DNA of 64,000 nucleotides from an uncultured Candidatus Saccharibacteria bacterium (GTDB lineage Bacteria; Patescibacteriota; UBA1384; XYA2-FULL-43-10; 1-14-0-10-43-13): NCBI GenBank assembly GCA_964543385.1, contig CAZIYE010000001.1, positions 127,143 to 191,142 of the forward strand, read 5' to 3'. Shown piece by piece: positions 20,744 to 30,221 of this stretch (position 1 is its first letter; each line of letters starts with the position of its first letter). The notes under the pieces were generated by a model. It saw only the letters and a program-made list of their open reading frames with translations, ran no database searches and was not told where the DNA came from. The position numbers and the translations under genes were made by a program.

Positions 20744-21772
20744 TTATGCCAAGATATATTTGTCCTTAGCCGACTTTTTGAAAAATGGCTTGGTCTGAAG
20801 ATTTATAAGTATTGTATTTTTTTTAACTAGTCTTTGCTTCAAAACAGCCTCGATAATAGCAGATGCGCTCATGCCATCTGATTTGTCGGATAAGATATTT
20901 TTAATTATGTCAGCAACAGTTCCCTCTTGGTATCCCCACTCTTTCAAGGCATAAATACCTCTACCAACTAAGATAAATCTATCATCAGCAATCAGCTCAT
21001 TATGAACAGTAGCTTTCACAATATTTTTACCATCGAAACTTTGCTCCCCTATTTTTTTTGCGATTTCATCGAAATGCATAGGTTTTGCTATCCTCTTCAA
21101 AATATAATAGATTTTGTCTCTAACATTTTTTGGATTTACTTCTGGCCATGAAGCCAAACCGATATGACCGGTTTCTGTCTTAACCAATTTCTTGCTGATA
21201 TGAGGAAGCTCCGATAAAAATGCTACCTGATACTTCGAATGACCTGGATGATTATCTATTAGTACATCTAGCGTTTCAGGCTTCTTACTCTTTTTCAAAT
21301 GTTCGGCCCAATCATTTATGACTTTTATTGCATCGTCTTTTGACAATGATGCAAGTAACCAACCAGCCTCTAGCTCTTTTGTTTTTTCAATTTTCATAAT
21401 CTGAGGCATCAGACTTAAAATTAAATGCAGAGAATTGAACTCATTCTTATTTCTCCAGAACGATTCTTCTAGAAATTTTTCAGTAATTTTTTCATGGCAT
21501 GTGATTCCACCGCTCTTTTCAAAAGTATCAACTATTTGCTCGATATAAAGATTATTCTTTTCAACAAAAAATCTAGCCAACTTTCTCAAGCCCTCACGCT
21601 CAATTTGACGAATTCTTTCACGAGATAATTTCAGTTCCTTACCAATTGCTGATAGAGTTTTATGACTTGTTTCAATACCAAAACGACCCGAAATAACTAT
21701 ATTTTCATTCGGCTTCAAATCGTTTATAACCTCTTTAACAATCTTGTAAGGGCTAAAATTTTTAATAACCAT
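20744..21772 (-). CDS. DNA-binding protein with an N-terminal sigma-70 region-4 HTH and a C-terminal HARE-HTH-like domain
   Basis: LSRERIRQIEREGLRKLARF matches the region 4.2 consensus. MHFDEIAKKIGE ... DDRFILVGRGIYALKEWGY resembles the HARE-HTH domain of the RNAP delta subunit. Confidence 0.5.
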   Translation of the reverse strand: MVIKNFSPYKIVKEVINDLKPNENIVISGRFGIETSHKTLSAIGKELKLSRERIRQIEREGLRKLARFFVEKNNLYIEQIVDTFEKSGGITCHEKITEKFLEESFWRNKNEFNSLHLILSLMPQIMKIEKTKELEAGWLLASLSKDDAIKVINDWAEHLKKSKKPETLDVLIDNHPGHSKYQVAFLSELPHISKKLVKTETGHIGLASWPEVNPKNVRDKIYYILKRIAKPMHFDEIAKKIGEQSFDGKNIVKATVHNELIADDRFILVGRGIYALKEWGYQEGTVADIIKNILSDKSDGMSASAIIEAVLKQRLVKKNTILINLQTKPFFKKSAKDKYILA

Positions 21773-21785
21773 TATATTTCCTTGT

Positions 21786-22298
21786 CTAATTAGTTTTATC
21801 TAATAGATTTTCAACTGCAGCCCATTCGCTGGGTCTATCCTCGGGAACAAGTATTGTAAGTTTGTTTCCTGGTTCTGCTTTGAAATAACTTATTGATGCT
21901 GGCAACACTCGATATTGCATGCTTTCACAATTAACCACATATTTACCTTCTGATAATTCCTTTAAAAGACCAATCTTTTTCTGCCTTTTTACGGGGCCAA
22001 TTTGTTTATACAAGAAAGTCCCATCGGGCAAAATCGTAAGCTTTAGGATATCTCCGGCAACAAGTTTTGACTTAGAGGCATAGTTCGCCGGTATATCATA
22101 ATGCCTTTTGTCTGAACCAATCATGCCTTCGCCGTCGAAAACACCTTCTATAATCTTACTATCTTTATCATCTCCACCCAATTCTTCAACTTTTTGTGAT
22201 AGTTCTCGCGAAAAAAGTAAGTCCTTTGCTTGGCAGATATTATTTTCAGCAAGGTCTAAAAGCTGTTTTATTGAGGATAGGTCTTTATTTGTCAACAT
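21786..22298 (-). CDS. hypothetical protein
   Basis: 170-aa ORF spaced 14 nt from the downstream gene, inside the locus flanked by the two ATPases. Confidence 0.4.
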   Translation of the reverse strand: MLTNKDLSSIKQLLDLAENNICQAKDLLFSRELSQKVEELGGDDKDSKIIEGVFDGEGMIGSDKRHYDIPANYASKSKLVAGDILKLTILPDGTFLYKQIGPVKRQKKIGLLKELSEGKYVVNCESMQYRVLPASISYFKAEPGNKLTILVPEDRPSEWAAVENLLDKTN

Positions 22299-22411
22299 TT
22301 TTTCTCTTTGTTTTTATTTAAATGTGTTTTAGCATTTCATATACACAAAATTACATTACCACATAATTGGCAATGCGTCAACACATTTTAGATAACTTTT
22401 TTTACATAAAA

Positions 22412-24970
22412 TTATAGTGTTGGCTGAGAAGATGTCGGCTGCAGGCCAGGGAGATCTATTTTATCTACTCGAGAACGTTCAAGTATTTCTGCCTCTACTA
22501 GCTCCTTGGGTTTACCATATTTTAATCGAGACAACTCTTTTATCGCTGCTCCTAATTTTTGGTTGCCATCATAATCATCCGGCCAAATACTCTGACCATT
22601 GAATGGTCTCGTTGGCGCTCCATCAATCAGCTCCTTGATATAAAAATTATATTTGTCGATTGTAGTCAAGTCCTCGATTTTTAATGGATCAAATTCCTTT
22701 ACAAAGAATTCTGCATCAGCGGCACCCATTCTAAAAGCAATTAGGGTTCCGGCGTTTCCCACTACAGCTGCTCTTATCTTCTCATCAAGCTGTTCAATAT
22801 ACTGATTTGTAATTGCTAGGCCCAATTTATATTTACGAGACTCTGACAAAATAGTTGCAAAAACATCTGTAATAAAATTCTGGAACTCATCAACATATAA
22901 GAAAAATGGAATTCTATCCTTCTCTAATATATCTTGGCGTGAAAATGCACCCATCGCAATTTTGGAAACTATAATCATACCAAGAAGAAATGCATTAATC
23001 TCCCCTATCATACCTTTCGATAGATTGCAGATTAGAATCTTCTTGTTATCCATTACATCACGGAAATCAAAAGATGATTTTGTCTGGCCTATGATATTGC
23101 GCATCATATCATTGGTCATAAAGCGGCCAAACTTTGAAGTAAAATAGTTAAGCATTTCTGATTTATGGAAATCAGCTGTTTTAGCCATTTGCTTTTCCCA
23201 AAAAGATTTAACCACAGGATCAGTCACATATTGGACTCTATCTTTTTCGAAATCAGGATCAGTAAACAATCTTGGAACATCTATAATTGTTCCTCCTTCT
23301 GGATGAGACATCAAAGTAAGCGCAGCATTCCTCATCCAATGCTCAAACTGAGGGCCTACCATGCCTGTCTGATTTGGATCAAACAGTTTATAGAATATTT
23401 GTATTGATTCCTGAACTAAGAAGTCCCTCTGATCTGGTGTTTTCCATTCCAACATGTTGAGACCCATCGGTCTTTCCTTATCTGCAGGATTGAAATAGAT
23501 GACATCATCAGCACGCTCTTTTGGTATATGATTTAGGATCCATTCTGCGGCATCACCATTTGGATCAAGATAACAAACTCCATGACCTTCTTTGATGTCT
23601 TGCAAAATCATATTTTGAAATAAAACAGTTTTACCCACACCAGTTTTACCTATCTGATAAACATGTCTAAGGCGGTCTGATTGCTTGACCCTAATCATTT
23701 TCTCTTCACCTCGGAATATTGCCTTACCGACAACAGTACCCTCGGTTGGCAGATTTGCTGGCGGCGCCTCACGTCTAGCTAATAGCCAAGAAATATTAGG
23801 TGTATCAACATAGCGATTTGGCAGGTGAAAAATAGACGCAAGTTCTTCCGTATTAAGTGCAAATCTCGGCATAACACTAAATATCCTAAAAATATATGAG
23901 GTGATCTCCTCATTTTTCTGACGTGCTTTCTTGACCGAGAAACCATTTGAGTCAGGAGAATGAAATTGATTAAATGCAGCAGCAGTATTCTTACAAATCT
24001 GTGCAGCAGTAAGTTTGTCTTTTGCAACTGCAACAATTCTAATCTGAGCGTCAAAGCCAAGTTTAGCAGCCTTTTCGCCTAACAATTTTACTTGTGCTTC
24101 TTGCTGTGGCGTCATTTTCATTGGATTCTTTGGATCATAGAGAGCGCTATGTTCCTCTTCCTGATTTCCTTTAGCTGCATTTGTTGCAGCACCAACAAAA
24201 TTGAAAAATGATTCACTACCCCGCACAAAAGCAGAATTGGAGTGAGAAATTCGAGATTTGCCATGTTGTATGTTAAAAGCGGTCCTCTCTCCCTGTAACC
24301 GCCAAGATCCATCCGTCGGCCTAACTAGCATCTGGACTCCGGCGAACTGGTCTGCGCTCAATTTTGAGAGAGAGTTTGTAAGCGAATTAAGCGGATCTTC
24401 TTCTAAGTTTTTATAAGTCTTGATTGGGAAATAGTGTCTTTTTATTAAACCAAGATTTAAAATTTCCACCTTAAGAGGTTTCTCGGGAAAAATAGAATAT
24501 TCTGAGTCCTCTTGTATTTCAGCATAAGGATATTGAGCTTGAAGATTTTTCAGAACCATATCAGATATGCATCGTGGACAGCCAACGTAGAAAAAGATAA
24601 GACCATCCTTAGCAATTAATTCCACAGAAATGTGAGGCTGACCTTTCAGTCTATTTACAACCGAAAAATCAAATAACGAATTTAGATTTGCATAAAATGG
24701 TTCAATAACTGCCAACATTTCCTGGAAATTCTTTCGCTGATCATCTTCCTCAGCATGACGATCCTTGGGAACCATTATTTTAAACATTACCCAATCTTTT
24801 GTCATCTCAAGTTGAGAACTTCGCACAAACATTTTCCTTAAATAAATAACTAACCAAATAAGAAATATATTTATTGCGATGAAAATTAAAGCCCAAAAAT
24901 ACCACTGCAGTCCCCCACTTGCAGCAGTCCCTCCTACCGAGCTATTTATATAATTCCCTCCATCGTACAT
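22412..24970 (-). CDS. membrane-anchored VirB4/VirD4-superfamily ATPase (paralog of 17291..20614)
   Basis: N-terminal TM helix. Walker A GKTGVGKT, CYLDPNGDAAE, Walker B FFLYVDEFQNF, SRKYKLGLAITNQY. It is collinear with its paralog along the whole N-terminal and ATPase domains. Confidence 0.6.
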   Translation of the reverse strand: MYDGGNYINSSVGGTAASGGLQWYFWALIFIAINIFLIWLVIYLRKMFVRSSQLEMTKDWVMFKIMVPKDRHAEEDDQRKNFQEMLAVIEPFYANLNSLFDFSVVNRLKGQPHISVELIAKDGLIFFYVGCPRCISDMVLKNLQAQYPYAEIQEDSEYSIFPEKPLKVEILNLGLIKRHYFPIKTYKNLEEDPLNSLTNSLSKLSADQFAGVQMLVRPTDGSWRLQGERTAFNIQHGKSRISHSNSAFVRGSESFFNFVGAATNAAKGNQEEEHSALYDPKNPMKMTPQQEAQVKLLGEKAAKLGFDAQIRIVAVAKDKLTAAQICKNTAAAFNQFHSPDSNGFSVKKARQKNEEITSYIFRIFSVMPRFALNTEELASIFHLPNRYVDTPNISWLLARREAPPANLPTEGTVVGKAIFRGEEKMIRVKQSDRLRHVYQIGKTGVGKTVLFQNMILQDIKEGHGVCYLDPNGDAAEWILNHIPKERADDVIYFNPADKERPMGLNMLEWKTPDQRDFLVQESIQIFYKLFDPNQTGMVGPQFEHWMRNAALTLMSHPEGGTIIDVPRLFTDPDFEKDRVQYVTDPVVKSFWEKQMAKTADFHKSEMLNYFTSKFGRFMTNDMMRNIIGQTKSSFDFRDVMDNKKILICNLSKGMIGEINAFLLGMIIVSKIAMGAFSRQDILEKDRIPFFLYVDEFQNFITDVFATILSESRKYKLGLAITNQYIEQLDEKIRAAVVGNAGTLIAFRMGAADAEFFVKEFDPLKIEDLTTIDKYNFYIKELIDGAPTRPFNGQSIWPDDYDGNQKLGAAIKELSRLKYGKPKELVEAEILERSRVDKIDLPGLQPTSSQPTL

Positions 24971-24985
24971 TTTTGTTTTTGTCCT

Positions 24986-26041
24986 CTATGCGGCTTCTTC
25001 TATTGTGATGTTTGATTTCGTTTTACCACGCTTCTCAGCCACAGCCTCAGCCATTTTAAATTGATCCGCACCGGCATCACCATGTGGTATCAATTTCTTA
25101 AAAAAACTAAATAGCCCAGATCCTTGAGCTTCTTCGGGAATTACAGGTATAGCCACCTGAGACAAATGCTTCTCGTGCACTCCCTGTATTTCAGCAACAT
25201 CAGGTACTCCAATCTCTCTGTCGCCAATTGCCTTATCACCCCCCGTAACATTAATGTCTTCTATCTCCTTCGACGTTAAGATATTAGGCACAACCTCTGC
25301 AACATGTATTGGATCGACTTCAACAGGCCTGCCTGCTTCAGATTTAGCAGTTTCTATTGTTGGTGGTATTCTTCCATCATCAGCTTGGATGGACTCAGCA
25401 GGTATTGCAACATTAGTAGCGAGAGGAACGGCGACAGAATCTCTATCTCCATCAATTCCCAAAGCGCGACTTGCACCAGTCATTGCTCCTTCATCGACAG
25501 ATGGTGCTGCTTGATCAGCACTTGCATCACTTAAATTAATATCTGGCATTTCTGGTCCAGGAAAAGAGACATCTATCTTATCCGGAACAATATCTTTAGA
25601 GCCAGCAAGGGCTGAATCATCATCTACAACTGCTCTTTTATTATCTCTTTTCTTTTTAGCTAACTCCAAACCCTCCGCGATTCTTGGCTTATTTTTATGA
25701 TGAGCAGCTATGTGACCCTCATCATCAGCGAGACTTTCTCTTGCAGCATCAATTACACGAAGATTAGCACGAGTCGGCGCCCAACTTATAGCACGTTCGA
25801 GAGGTGTGATAACTTTTGTCTCTTCGCCTGTTTCTACCTGCTCGTTATTTCGATCAATAGTTTCCTGAAGATGCGCCTTTTCATCATTAGTCAAAGTAGA
25901 TATCAAGCGCTGTATTTCCAAAGCAGTCTTTATTCTGTCCTCATTAGATAAAGTTGCATCATAATATTGGCCAATATAGGACTCAACCTTACCCAAGTTG
26001 GAACCTGTTTCTAACTGTCTATCTTTGTTATCTAACTGCAT
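24986..26041 (-). CDS. acidic, low-complexity hypothetical protein
   Basis: 351 aa, rich in D/E/A/G, with no TM helix; spaced 16 nt from the downstream ATPase gene. Confidence 0.4.
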   Translation of the reverse strand: MQLDNKDRQLETGSNLGKVESYIGQYYDATLSNEDRIKTALEIQRLISTLTNDEKAHLQETIDRNNEQVETGEETKVITPLERAISWAPTRANLRVIDAARESLADDEGHIAAHHKNKPRIAEGLELAKKKRDNKRAVVDDDSALAGSKDIVPDKIDVSFPGPEMPDINLSDASADQAAPSVDEGAMTGASRALGIDGDRDSVAVPLATNVAIPAESIQADDGRIPPTIETAKSEAGRPVEVDPIHVAEVVPNILTSKEIEDINVTGGDKAIGDREIGVPDVAEIQGVHEKHLSQVAIPVIPEEAQGSGLFSFFKKLIPHGDAGADQFKMAEAVAEKRGKTKSNITIEEAA

Positions 26042-26054
26042 ATAAGATGCCTTA

Positions 26055-26402
26055 CTATTGTTGTTTATCTGCGTTTGCTTTTCTAACCCTTGTAATAAGA
26101 TCTTCCCGAATATTTACCATCTCCTCAACAACTTTATCGCCGAAGGCAGGGATATTCTGATCTATATATTTCAAAATCTCTTCCTGATCCTGTTTGCCAA
26201 TTATTTTGGCAAATTCTTCTACCTTCTCTGGTGGCAAATAGATGAGAATCAAATTCATGATTCGATCATTTACAAGCTTCTCAATTTTCTCCTCAAATTC
26301 TTTTTGCTCCTGTTCTGGCAAAGTATGGAGCTGAAGATCTTGCATTAATTTTTTCTTAAAAAGATCTATTTCTTCGGTTGCAACTTTTTGGTTATCGGTC
26401 AT
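26055..26402 (-). CDS. small acidic hypothetical protein
   Basis: 115 aa with E/K-rich helical character; spaced 14 nt from the downstream gene. Confidence 0.4.
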   Translation of the reverse strand: MTDNQKVATEEIDLFKKKLMQDLQLHTLPEQEQKEFEEKIEKLVNDRIMNLILIYLPPEKVEEFAKIIGKQDQEEILKYIDQNIPAFGDKVVEEMVNIREDLITRVRKANADKQQ

Positions 26403-26421
26403 TATTTCCTCCTAAAAAATA

Positions 26422-29298
26422 TTAGACTCTGCTGAGCGTTGTAAATGGCATGTTAATTAAATCTGTGCGAGTTGGGGTCATGGTACTACCTCCGCTGGTT
26501 AGATTAGTCAATGTAAATACCCCTGGATCAGTAGCGGTTGGAGGTGATGAAGTACTTGGTACAAAACTATCTATTCTGCAGAAAGCACCAAGCATGGGTA
26601 TGAATATTATAGGATTACCAGCTGCAGCTGATCCCAAAAGATCAACTTTAGACGTTTTCTCGGCCAATTTTGGACCCGAGACGCCACCAGCCAAAACCTC
26701 ATTAAATCTATAATTATTAGTACCGTAATTATAGTATACCTCTGCCTCAAACACGGGATTATCTCCCTCAAGCTTTACGCTAGAAACATGGCAAGTTAGA
26801 GTAGTTCCAGTAGGCGCATTCTTTAGATCGGGACTTAATACTAGAGGCAAATCAGTTCTACCACCGACAGCAGATGGGAGCCTAAAAACCAACTTACCGC
26901 CAGAGTTTACTAATGTCCCGCCAGCAAAATCAAGCCCCTCAAAAGCCGTTTTAAGGCCGTCCAAATCAACGGCCGGTGTCTCAGGAGTTGTCGTTGCGGT
27001 CCCTCTCCCTTCCTTCAATACTTTGATTGGATTAGGAGTATTTAATAATCCATCAGGCGTAACGAGATCTCTGAATCGAACCCTTGGGTGAGTTACTGTA
27101 CCACCGCCAGCAAGGATTGCATCTTCAGCAGGAGTATTTCTAAATGATAGGAATTCATTTGGAGCCGGACCAACTTCGATAATATCAAATCTGCCATCTG
27201 TCCTTCGTCCAGGAGTAGCAGCGGGATACGCCCTCGCTGCAGCAGCAAGAAAAGCCGGGGTAAATTCTACTCTACCGCCTCGTAATCTCTGACGGCTTAG
27301 CTCTGTGTTGGTCTCTCTTTGCTCTCTTCTTTCTCTTTCTCTTTCTCTAGCGGTAGCTAAAGCTTCAGGTGTATTATAGGCGAGAACAGCAATTGCTGGA
27401 TTTAGTTCAGTCTGATTATTATTTGAAATCTGTTGCAGAGTAATATTTGGATGAGGATCACGTCCAGCCGTTCTTTCTGTTCTATCCCAATCATTGTCCT
27501 CAAATCTCAATCTACCGTCTGCTTCAATACCGCTAATATCATATTGTCTTGACCCTCGAGCAGCAGGTACTAATCCTGCTATTGCAGCTGGTGCGGTTGC
27601 CAAAATTGTAACTCTGTTGCCAATAAGCCGTGATCGAAGACTTTCCTGTCTTGTCCTAAGCTGTTCTCTGTCAAAGCCTGTGACTTCTTTACGACTCTCG
27701 TCAACAGCACCTCTCATAACCTTGCTAACATCGCTATCAATGTTTCTCTGAGCGTTTGTCCTACCACGCCACCAGAGTGCACCCACACCAGCACCAGCTA
27801 GTGCAATCGGTCCGCTGAACTTATCAATCAATGCCATAGCGGCGTTTGGAGAACCATTGAATTCTATCAATTGTTCAGCAACCGATGGATGAGACAAAAT
27901 AAAGTGTTGGATTTCTGGAGGAAGCGCGATGAAAGCATCTTTGTGTTCTACTAAATAATTTCCGAATTCTTCACCGTTTGGAAGAGTCACGCTCATATCT
28001 ATATTATGTGCATTAGCAAACTGTTCAAGATTTTGCGCTGGATCAGCACCCTGCAAAATACTATCGACTTGAGTTATTTCACCTGTATGCAATCCCATAA
28101 TAGATGCATGTTCTCCTTGATCAGCAAGACCCTGCAATTTTGACAAGTGATCAACAAGTGCTCTATTACTTTCTGACAACGAATCGTAGCTGACATCACC
28201 AGACATAACCTGATTATAAGTGTCCAGATTAGCTGCATGGTCTGCATTTTCTCCAGCGATTTGAGCAGATTGCGAAAGAGCATCAGCCTTTGCCTGAAGC
28301 AAAGCATCTGGACTAGCCGCAGCTTGAGCACCTCCGCCAAAATGATCTTTGATCCAATCAGCAGCTCCCTGCAGCCCGCCGTGATTGAACATCCAGCCGA
28401 GCACACCACCGATAGTACTACCAAGTGCAAAGCCTTTTATTGTAGAAATCATTACCTTATTGCGATTTAAATCCCGTACAGTTTCATAAGACTTGCGGTA
28501 TTTTTCACCCGCTGCTCTCGAAACCAGATTGAAATCATCATTGCTCTCACCCATCATTTGGTCGATAGCGGCCAAAGCTGGATTCATTGTCTCACCAGCA
28601 TCTCTGGCTTCATTTCTTCTCTGTCCTAAAAGCTGTTTTATCTGTCGATATTTAAGTACCATTTCAAAACGTGTAGCATCATTTCCGCGGACTCTATTAT
28701 CCATAATAGCATTGCGCATAATACCTAGAGCCGTCATCAAGTGGCCACTGTCTAATCTGCTAAGCTCAGGATTTGAAGCACGTAATATTCCAAGCTCTGA
28801 CATCCATACTGCAGCACCCTCTGTTTGTTCTTTTGCTCTTGTGTAACCGCTAATTGCGCCCATGCCACCACCGATAAGTATATCTGTGACTGGTCCGCCT
28901 AAACCAAGGGAACCATTTACTACTGATCGGACAGCCATACCAGCACCAGCCATGCCCAAAGTCCTGCCTATACCGCTCTCTCTAAAACGATTCCATATGC
29001 CACGAAAAAATCCTCCGATTCCTCTACGATCTCGAAGTATTTGGTGAAAAAGTTGTGAATCAGCGTCATCGCTCTCAAGGATCTGTCGACAAGCATCTGG
29101 ATTGCGTTCTATTTCAGCAAGTGATCTAGAATACTCTCGTTCGCTTGCAGCTCTCTCTCTGGCAAAGCCAGCTGAGGAATCAAAATCATCACCGTCGACA
29201 ACGTGCTGTGCTTCCTCATTTACATCCGCCCGATACTCTGCCCTTGGCCCTGGTCCGATAGCCATAGTACCCTCCGAAATAGTACTAAATTTATACAA
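26422..29298 (-). CDS. large (958 aa) hypothetical protein with glycine-zipper hydrophobic segments
   Basis: Hydrophobic segments such as GMAGAGMAVRSV, LGLGGPVTDILIGGGMGAISG, GFALGSTIGGVLGWMF and ALAGAGVGALWW. It contains an RERERERREQRE run. GC is about 50%, moderately elevated. It is the first gene of the operon-like array that ends with the ATPases. Confidence 0.45.
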   Translation of the reverse strand: MYKFSTISEGTMAIGPGPRAEYRADVNEEAQHVVDGDDFDSSAGFARERAASEREYSRSLAEIERNPDACRQILESDDADSQLFHQILRDRRGIGGFFRGIWNRFRESGIGRTLGMAGAGMAVRSVVNGSLGLGGPVTDILIGGGMGAISGYTRAKEQTEGAAVWMSELGILRASNPELSRLDSGHLMTALGIMRNAIMDNRVRGNDATRFEMVLKYRQIKQLLGQRRNEARDAGETMNPALAAIDQMMGESNDDFNLVSRAAGEKYRKSYETVRDLNRNKVMISTIKGFALGSTIGGVLGWMFNHGGLQGAADWIKDHFGGGAQAAASPDALLQAKADALSQSAQIAGENADHAANLDTYNQVMSGDVSYDSLSESNRALVDHLSKLQGLADQGEHASIMGLHTGEITQVDSILQGADPAQNLEQFANAHNIDMSVTLPNGEEFGNYLVEHKDAFIALPPEIQHFILSHPSVAEQLIEFNGSPNAAMALIDKFSGPIALAGAGVGALWWRGRTNAQRNIDSDVSKVMRGAVDESRKEVTGFDREQLRTRQESLRSRLIGNRVTILATAPAAIAGLVPAARGSRQYDISGIEADGRLRFEDNDWDRTERTAGRDPHPNITLQQISNNNQTELNPAIAVLAYNTPEALATARERERERREQRETNTELSRQRLRGGRVEFTPAFLAAAARAYPAATPGRRTDGRFDIIEVGPAPNEFLSFRNTPAEDAILAGGGTVTHPRVRFRDLVTPDGLLNTPNPIKVLKEGRGTATTTPETPAVDLDGLKTAFEGLDFAGGTLVNSGGKLVFRLPSAVGGRTDLPLVLSPDLKNAPTGTTLTCHVSSVKLEGDNPVFEAEVYYNYGTNNYRFNEVLAGGVSGPKLAEKTSKVDLLGSAAAGNPIIFIPMLGAFCRIDSFVPSTSSPPTATDPGVFTLTNLTSGGSTMTPTRTDLINMPFTTLSRV

Positions 29299-29380
29299 AA
29301 AATTTTGGTCTAAAACCTGTTATTTAGATTATAACAACAAGCATTTCTTTATACAACAATTGCAAATAAAAAAATACTTT

Positions 29381-29418
29381 TATAAATAAAAAACAAAAAA
29401 CTCTCCGAAAGGAGAGTT
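29381..29418 (-). terminator. rho-independent terminator (minus strand)
   Basis: The hairpin AACTCTCC-GAAA-GGAGAGTT is followed, on the minus strand, by a T-run (TTTTTTGTTTTTTATTTAT). A second GC hairpin (AACCCCA...TGGGGTT) lies just upstream. Confidence 0.6.
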
Positions 29419-29510
29419 AAAAAGGCCCATAAAAACACTGAAACCCCACCGCGCGATGCGATGGGGTTCAGGAACATTTGCCTCAGGATGAGGCGGGAGG
29501 ATGCTGCCCC

Positions 29511-30221
29511 TTACGGGGTAGTATCCTCCCAGGAATTCTTCACCTCCCAGCGGACGCCGGCATGGCGTCCACGAGCGTTGAAGGTCCTCTTCTCGCCGGG
29601 CTGGCGGGCGGGACGCGTGTCCCACTCGCCGAACAAGTTGCCCACCAGGGCGGCCACGTTGGTCCGCAGAACCAGGACCAGAACGACGGCCACGATCAAC
29701 AACCACCACCAATTGGCGGCCAGCCAGTTAATTACTGCCATGGGATCTCCTGCCGGGGTTACCGGCGGCGTCGACGTAGTCGGCGCGGTCGTGCCGGGGG
29801 TGGCCGGCGGAGTAGTTGCAGGTAGGGATGCAAGCGGCGCAAGGCCGTACTTGTCTTCGAGCAAGCGAATTACCGCTCCCTCAGTGATATAGCCGCGATC
29901 TTGCAACCAAGCATCGACTTTCGCCTGACTTTCCGGCGTACCCCCAAGGGGGTTTGCTTTCAGATAGGCGATGTCAGACTGGATCTTGGTGATCTGATAC
30001 TTGATGTCCCGGATCTCACTCTGGACTCGGCGGGTACCTGCACGGTCACCCTGGCATATATATTCCCGAAGGATTACTTGCCGTTCAGCGACTTGTTGCT
30101 CTTTTGTAGCAATCTGCTGCTGAAGCTGGGGAACCGGGGTACCAGCGTCGGGCCCGAGTTGAGCGAATGCCGCTACGGTAGCGGCGAGCATGATGGCGAT
30201 CAGGATGATCGTTTTCTTCAT
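29511..30221 (-). CDS. secreted or membrane-anchored coiled-coil protein with a Pro/Thr-rich linker, encoded on a roughly 60% GC island
   Basis: Signal peptide MKKTIILIAIMLAATVAAFA, a coiled-coil segment, an ATTPPATPGTTAPTTSTPPVTP linker, and a C-terminal TM (WWWLLIVAVVLVLVL). A GGGAG RBS precedes the start. GC is about 60%, against about 35% in the surroundings. Confidence 0.45.
   Translation of the reverse strand: MKKTIILIAIMLAATVAAFAQLGPDAGTPVPQLQQQIATKEQQVAERQVILREYICQGDRAGTRRVQSEIRDIKYQITKIQSDIAYLKANPLGGTPESQAKVDAWLQDRGYITEGAVIRLLEDKYGLAPLASLPATTPPATPGTTAPTTSTPPVTPAGDPMAVINWLAANWWWLLIVAVVLVLVLRTNVAALVGNLFGEWDTRPARQPGEKRTFNARGRHAGVRWEVKNSWEDTTP

Noticed and set aside
29380-29892. Several overlapping ORFs (29380..29712 -, 29461..29892 +, 29478..29825 +) within the 60% GC island.
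   Set aside because: High GC suppresses stop codons in all frames. Only 29511..30221 (-) has an RBS, a signal peptide and a sensible domain layout, so the others are treated as artefacts.
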